Shown: piece after piece, positions 62,571-64,000 of the stretch
Position numbering within the stretch: position 1 is the stretch's first letter
How the letters are laid out: every line of letters starts with the position of its first letter
Sequence record: PV340856.1
Strand: one strand, 5' to 3'
DNA: 64,000 nt
Made by a program: the position numbers and the translations under genes
Notes under the pieces: model-generated
The model's input: the letters and a program-made list of their open reading frames with translations, nothing else
Told to the model about the DNA's origin: nothing
Database searches by the model: none

Positions 62571-64000
62571 TTTAATCATTGAAAAGAAAAATGAGGTGTT
62601 TCTTAAGATTAAAGCAGAACCTCATGTAAATCAGGAACTATCAGATCATTTTACTTTTGACGTTCCTGGAGCAAAATTTATGCCCCAATATCGTAGTAAG
62701 TATTGGGATGGAAAGATACGATTATTCTCTACGGCAACTGGAGAAATTTATGTTGGTCTTTTGGATAAAGTATGTGCATGGGCAAAAAAATCCGACTACT
62801 CTGTAAGTTTTAAAGACAATAAATTTTATGGAACTCCCTTTGAAAAGAATGACAATATCTCTAGGGAAGGTATAGAAGATTATATGAAATCAATTTCCAA
62901 GCACACTCCTAGAGATTATCAAATTGAAGGAGTATATGATGCGCTTAGATATAATAGAAGGTTATTGATTTCTCCAACTGCTTCTGGAAAATCTTTGATG
63001 ATTTATTCTATTGTTAGATATTCGATAGAAAAAGATAGAAAAGTTTTACTAGTTGTTCCTACTACATCATTAGTAGAACAGATGTATAAGGACTTTGAAG
63101 ACTATGGATGGAATGCCCAACAGTATTGTTACAAGATATATGGAGGCAAAACTCGTATTGCCAAAAAGGATGTTGTTATCAGTACTTGGCAGTCTATCTA
63201 CAAAATGGACCGTAAGTGGTTTGGTCAGTTTGATGTCATCATTGGTGATGAGGCACACCAGTTTAAATCCAAGTCTTTAGTTTCAATCATGTCCAAACTT
63301 TCGGATGCCAAGTATCGATATGGATTTACTGGAACTCTTGATGGATCACAAACACATAAATGGGTTTTGGAAGGATTATTTGGACCTAGTTATAAGATTA
63401 CACAAACAGCGGAGTTAATTAAAAAGGGACATTTATCTAAACTTGATATTCGAGTTCTTTTACTAAAACACCCACCAAGGACATTTGATACTTATGAAGA
63501 TGAAATTCAATATATTATTTCACATAATCAGAGAACTAACTTTATTAAAAACTTAGCTTTAAGTTTAAAAGGAAATACTTTAATCTTATTCCAAAGAGTA
63601 GAATCTCATGGAAAAATTATTCATGAGTTAATAAATAATTCAGTTGATAATAATCGAAAAGTATTTTATGTTCATGGTGGTGTAGATGCTGAAGAACGTG
63701 AACAGGTAAGAGAAATTACCGAGAGGGAAATAAATTCTATTATTGTTGCTTCATATGGCACCTTCTCTACAGGCATCAATATCAAAAATTTACATAACGT
63801 AGTTTTTGCTTCGCCTAGTAAATCAAGAATTAGAAATCTCCAATCGATTGGTAGAGTTCTAAGAAAAGGAAGCAATAAAGATAAAGCCATGCTTTACGAT
63901 ATTGCAGATGATATTACTTGTCAAGGGAAAAAAAACTACACTCTCAATCATTTAATCGAAAGAATTAAAATTTATACCGAAGAAGATTTTAATTATGAAT
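62563..64000 (+). CDS. uvsW: SF2 DNA helicase UvsW (3' end outside window; missing from the ORF track)
   Basis: Translated by hand from ATG 62563: MTDLIIEKKNEVFLKI...WDGKIRLFS, SPTASGKSLM (Walker A), VVPTTSLVEQM, IGDEAHQF (Walker B), GFTGTLDG, TFSTGINIKNLHN, LQSIGRVLRK; no stop before the window end. Confidence 0.95.
   Translation, partial: MTDLIIEKKNEVFLKIKAEPHVNQELSDHFTFDVPGAKFMPQYRSKYWDGKIRLFSTATGEIYVGLLDKVCAWAKKSDYSVSFKDNKFYGTPFEKNDNISREGIEDYMKSISKHTPRDYQIEGVYDALRYNRRLLISPTASGKSLMIYSIVRYSIEKDRKVLLVVPTTSLVEQMYKDFEDYGWNAQQYCYKIYGGKTRIAKKDVVISTWQSIYKMDRKWFGQFDVIIGDEAHQFKSKSLVSIMSKLSDAKYRYGFTGTLDGSQTHKWVLEGLFGPSYKITQTAELIKKGHLSKLDIRVLLLKHPPRTFDTYEDEIQYIISHNQRTNFIKNLALSLKGNTLILFQRVESHGKIIHELINNSVDNNRKVFYVHGGVDAEEREQVREITEREINSIIVASYGTFSTGINIKNLHNVVFASPSKSRIRNLQSIGRVLRKGSNKDKAMLYDIADDITCQGKKNYTLNHLIERIKIYTEEDFNYE

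Noticed and set aside
1-64000. tRNA, rRNA or structured ncRNA genes
   Set aside because: Intergenic gaps are short (under about 100 bp) and accounted for by promoters, RBSs and terminators; no cloverleaf recognised by eye. tRNAscan/Infernal were not run.

Overview
This window is the late structural module of a large T4-like marine myovirus, most likely a cyanophage of the Kyanoviridae type. The host is inferred from gene order and protein families; no photosynthesis genes are present here. Plus-strand gene order: gp7-like baseplate wedge (5' partial), giant virion proteins, gp8, a VrlC/DUF4815 protein, tail-fibre genes, three tandem Cys/Gly-rich paralogues, a tail-fibre chaperone, a 12-gene enzyme cluster, gp13-gp23, gp3, uvsY and uvsW (3' partial). 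Many intergenic T4 late-promoter motifs (xxTAAATA) and four intrinsic terminators are visible. The most striking element is 32.5-45.2 kb, between the tail fibre and neck genes. It holds three ~260-aa proteins with 25-28 Cys each and gp38-like glycine-rich motifs. Next to them is a mostly translationally coupled cassette: split HldE-type heptose kinase and nucleotidyltransferase, HldD epimerase, a GT9 glycosyltransferase, a full-length and an N-domain-only carbamoyltransferase, a cupin, a HAD phosphatase and four 2OG-Fe(II) oxygenases. My best hypothesis is a phage-encoded hydroxylation/heptosylation/carbamoylation system that decorates virion tail proteins; host-surface or DNA modification are the alternatives. 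No tRNA, rRNA, CRISPR array, reverse transcriptase or mobile element was recognised. All family calls are by-eye motif recognition, not database searches.
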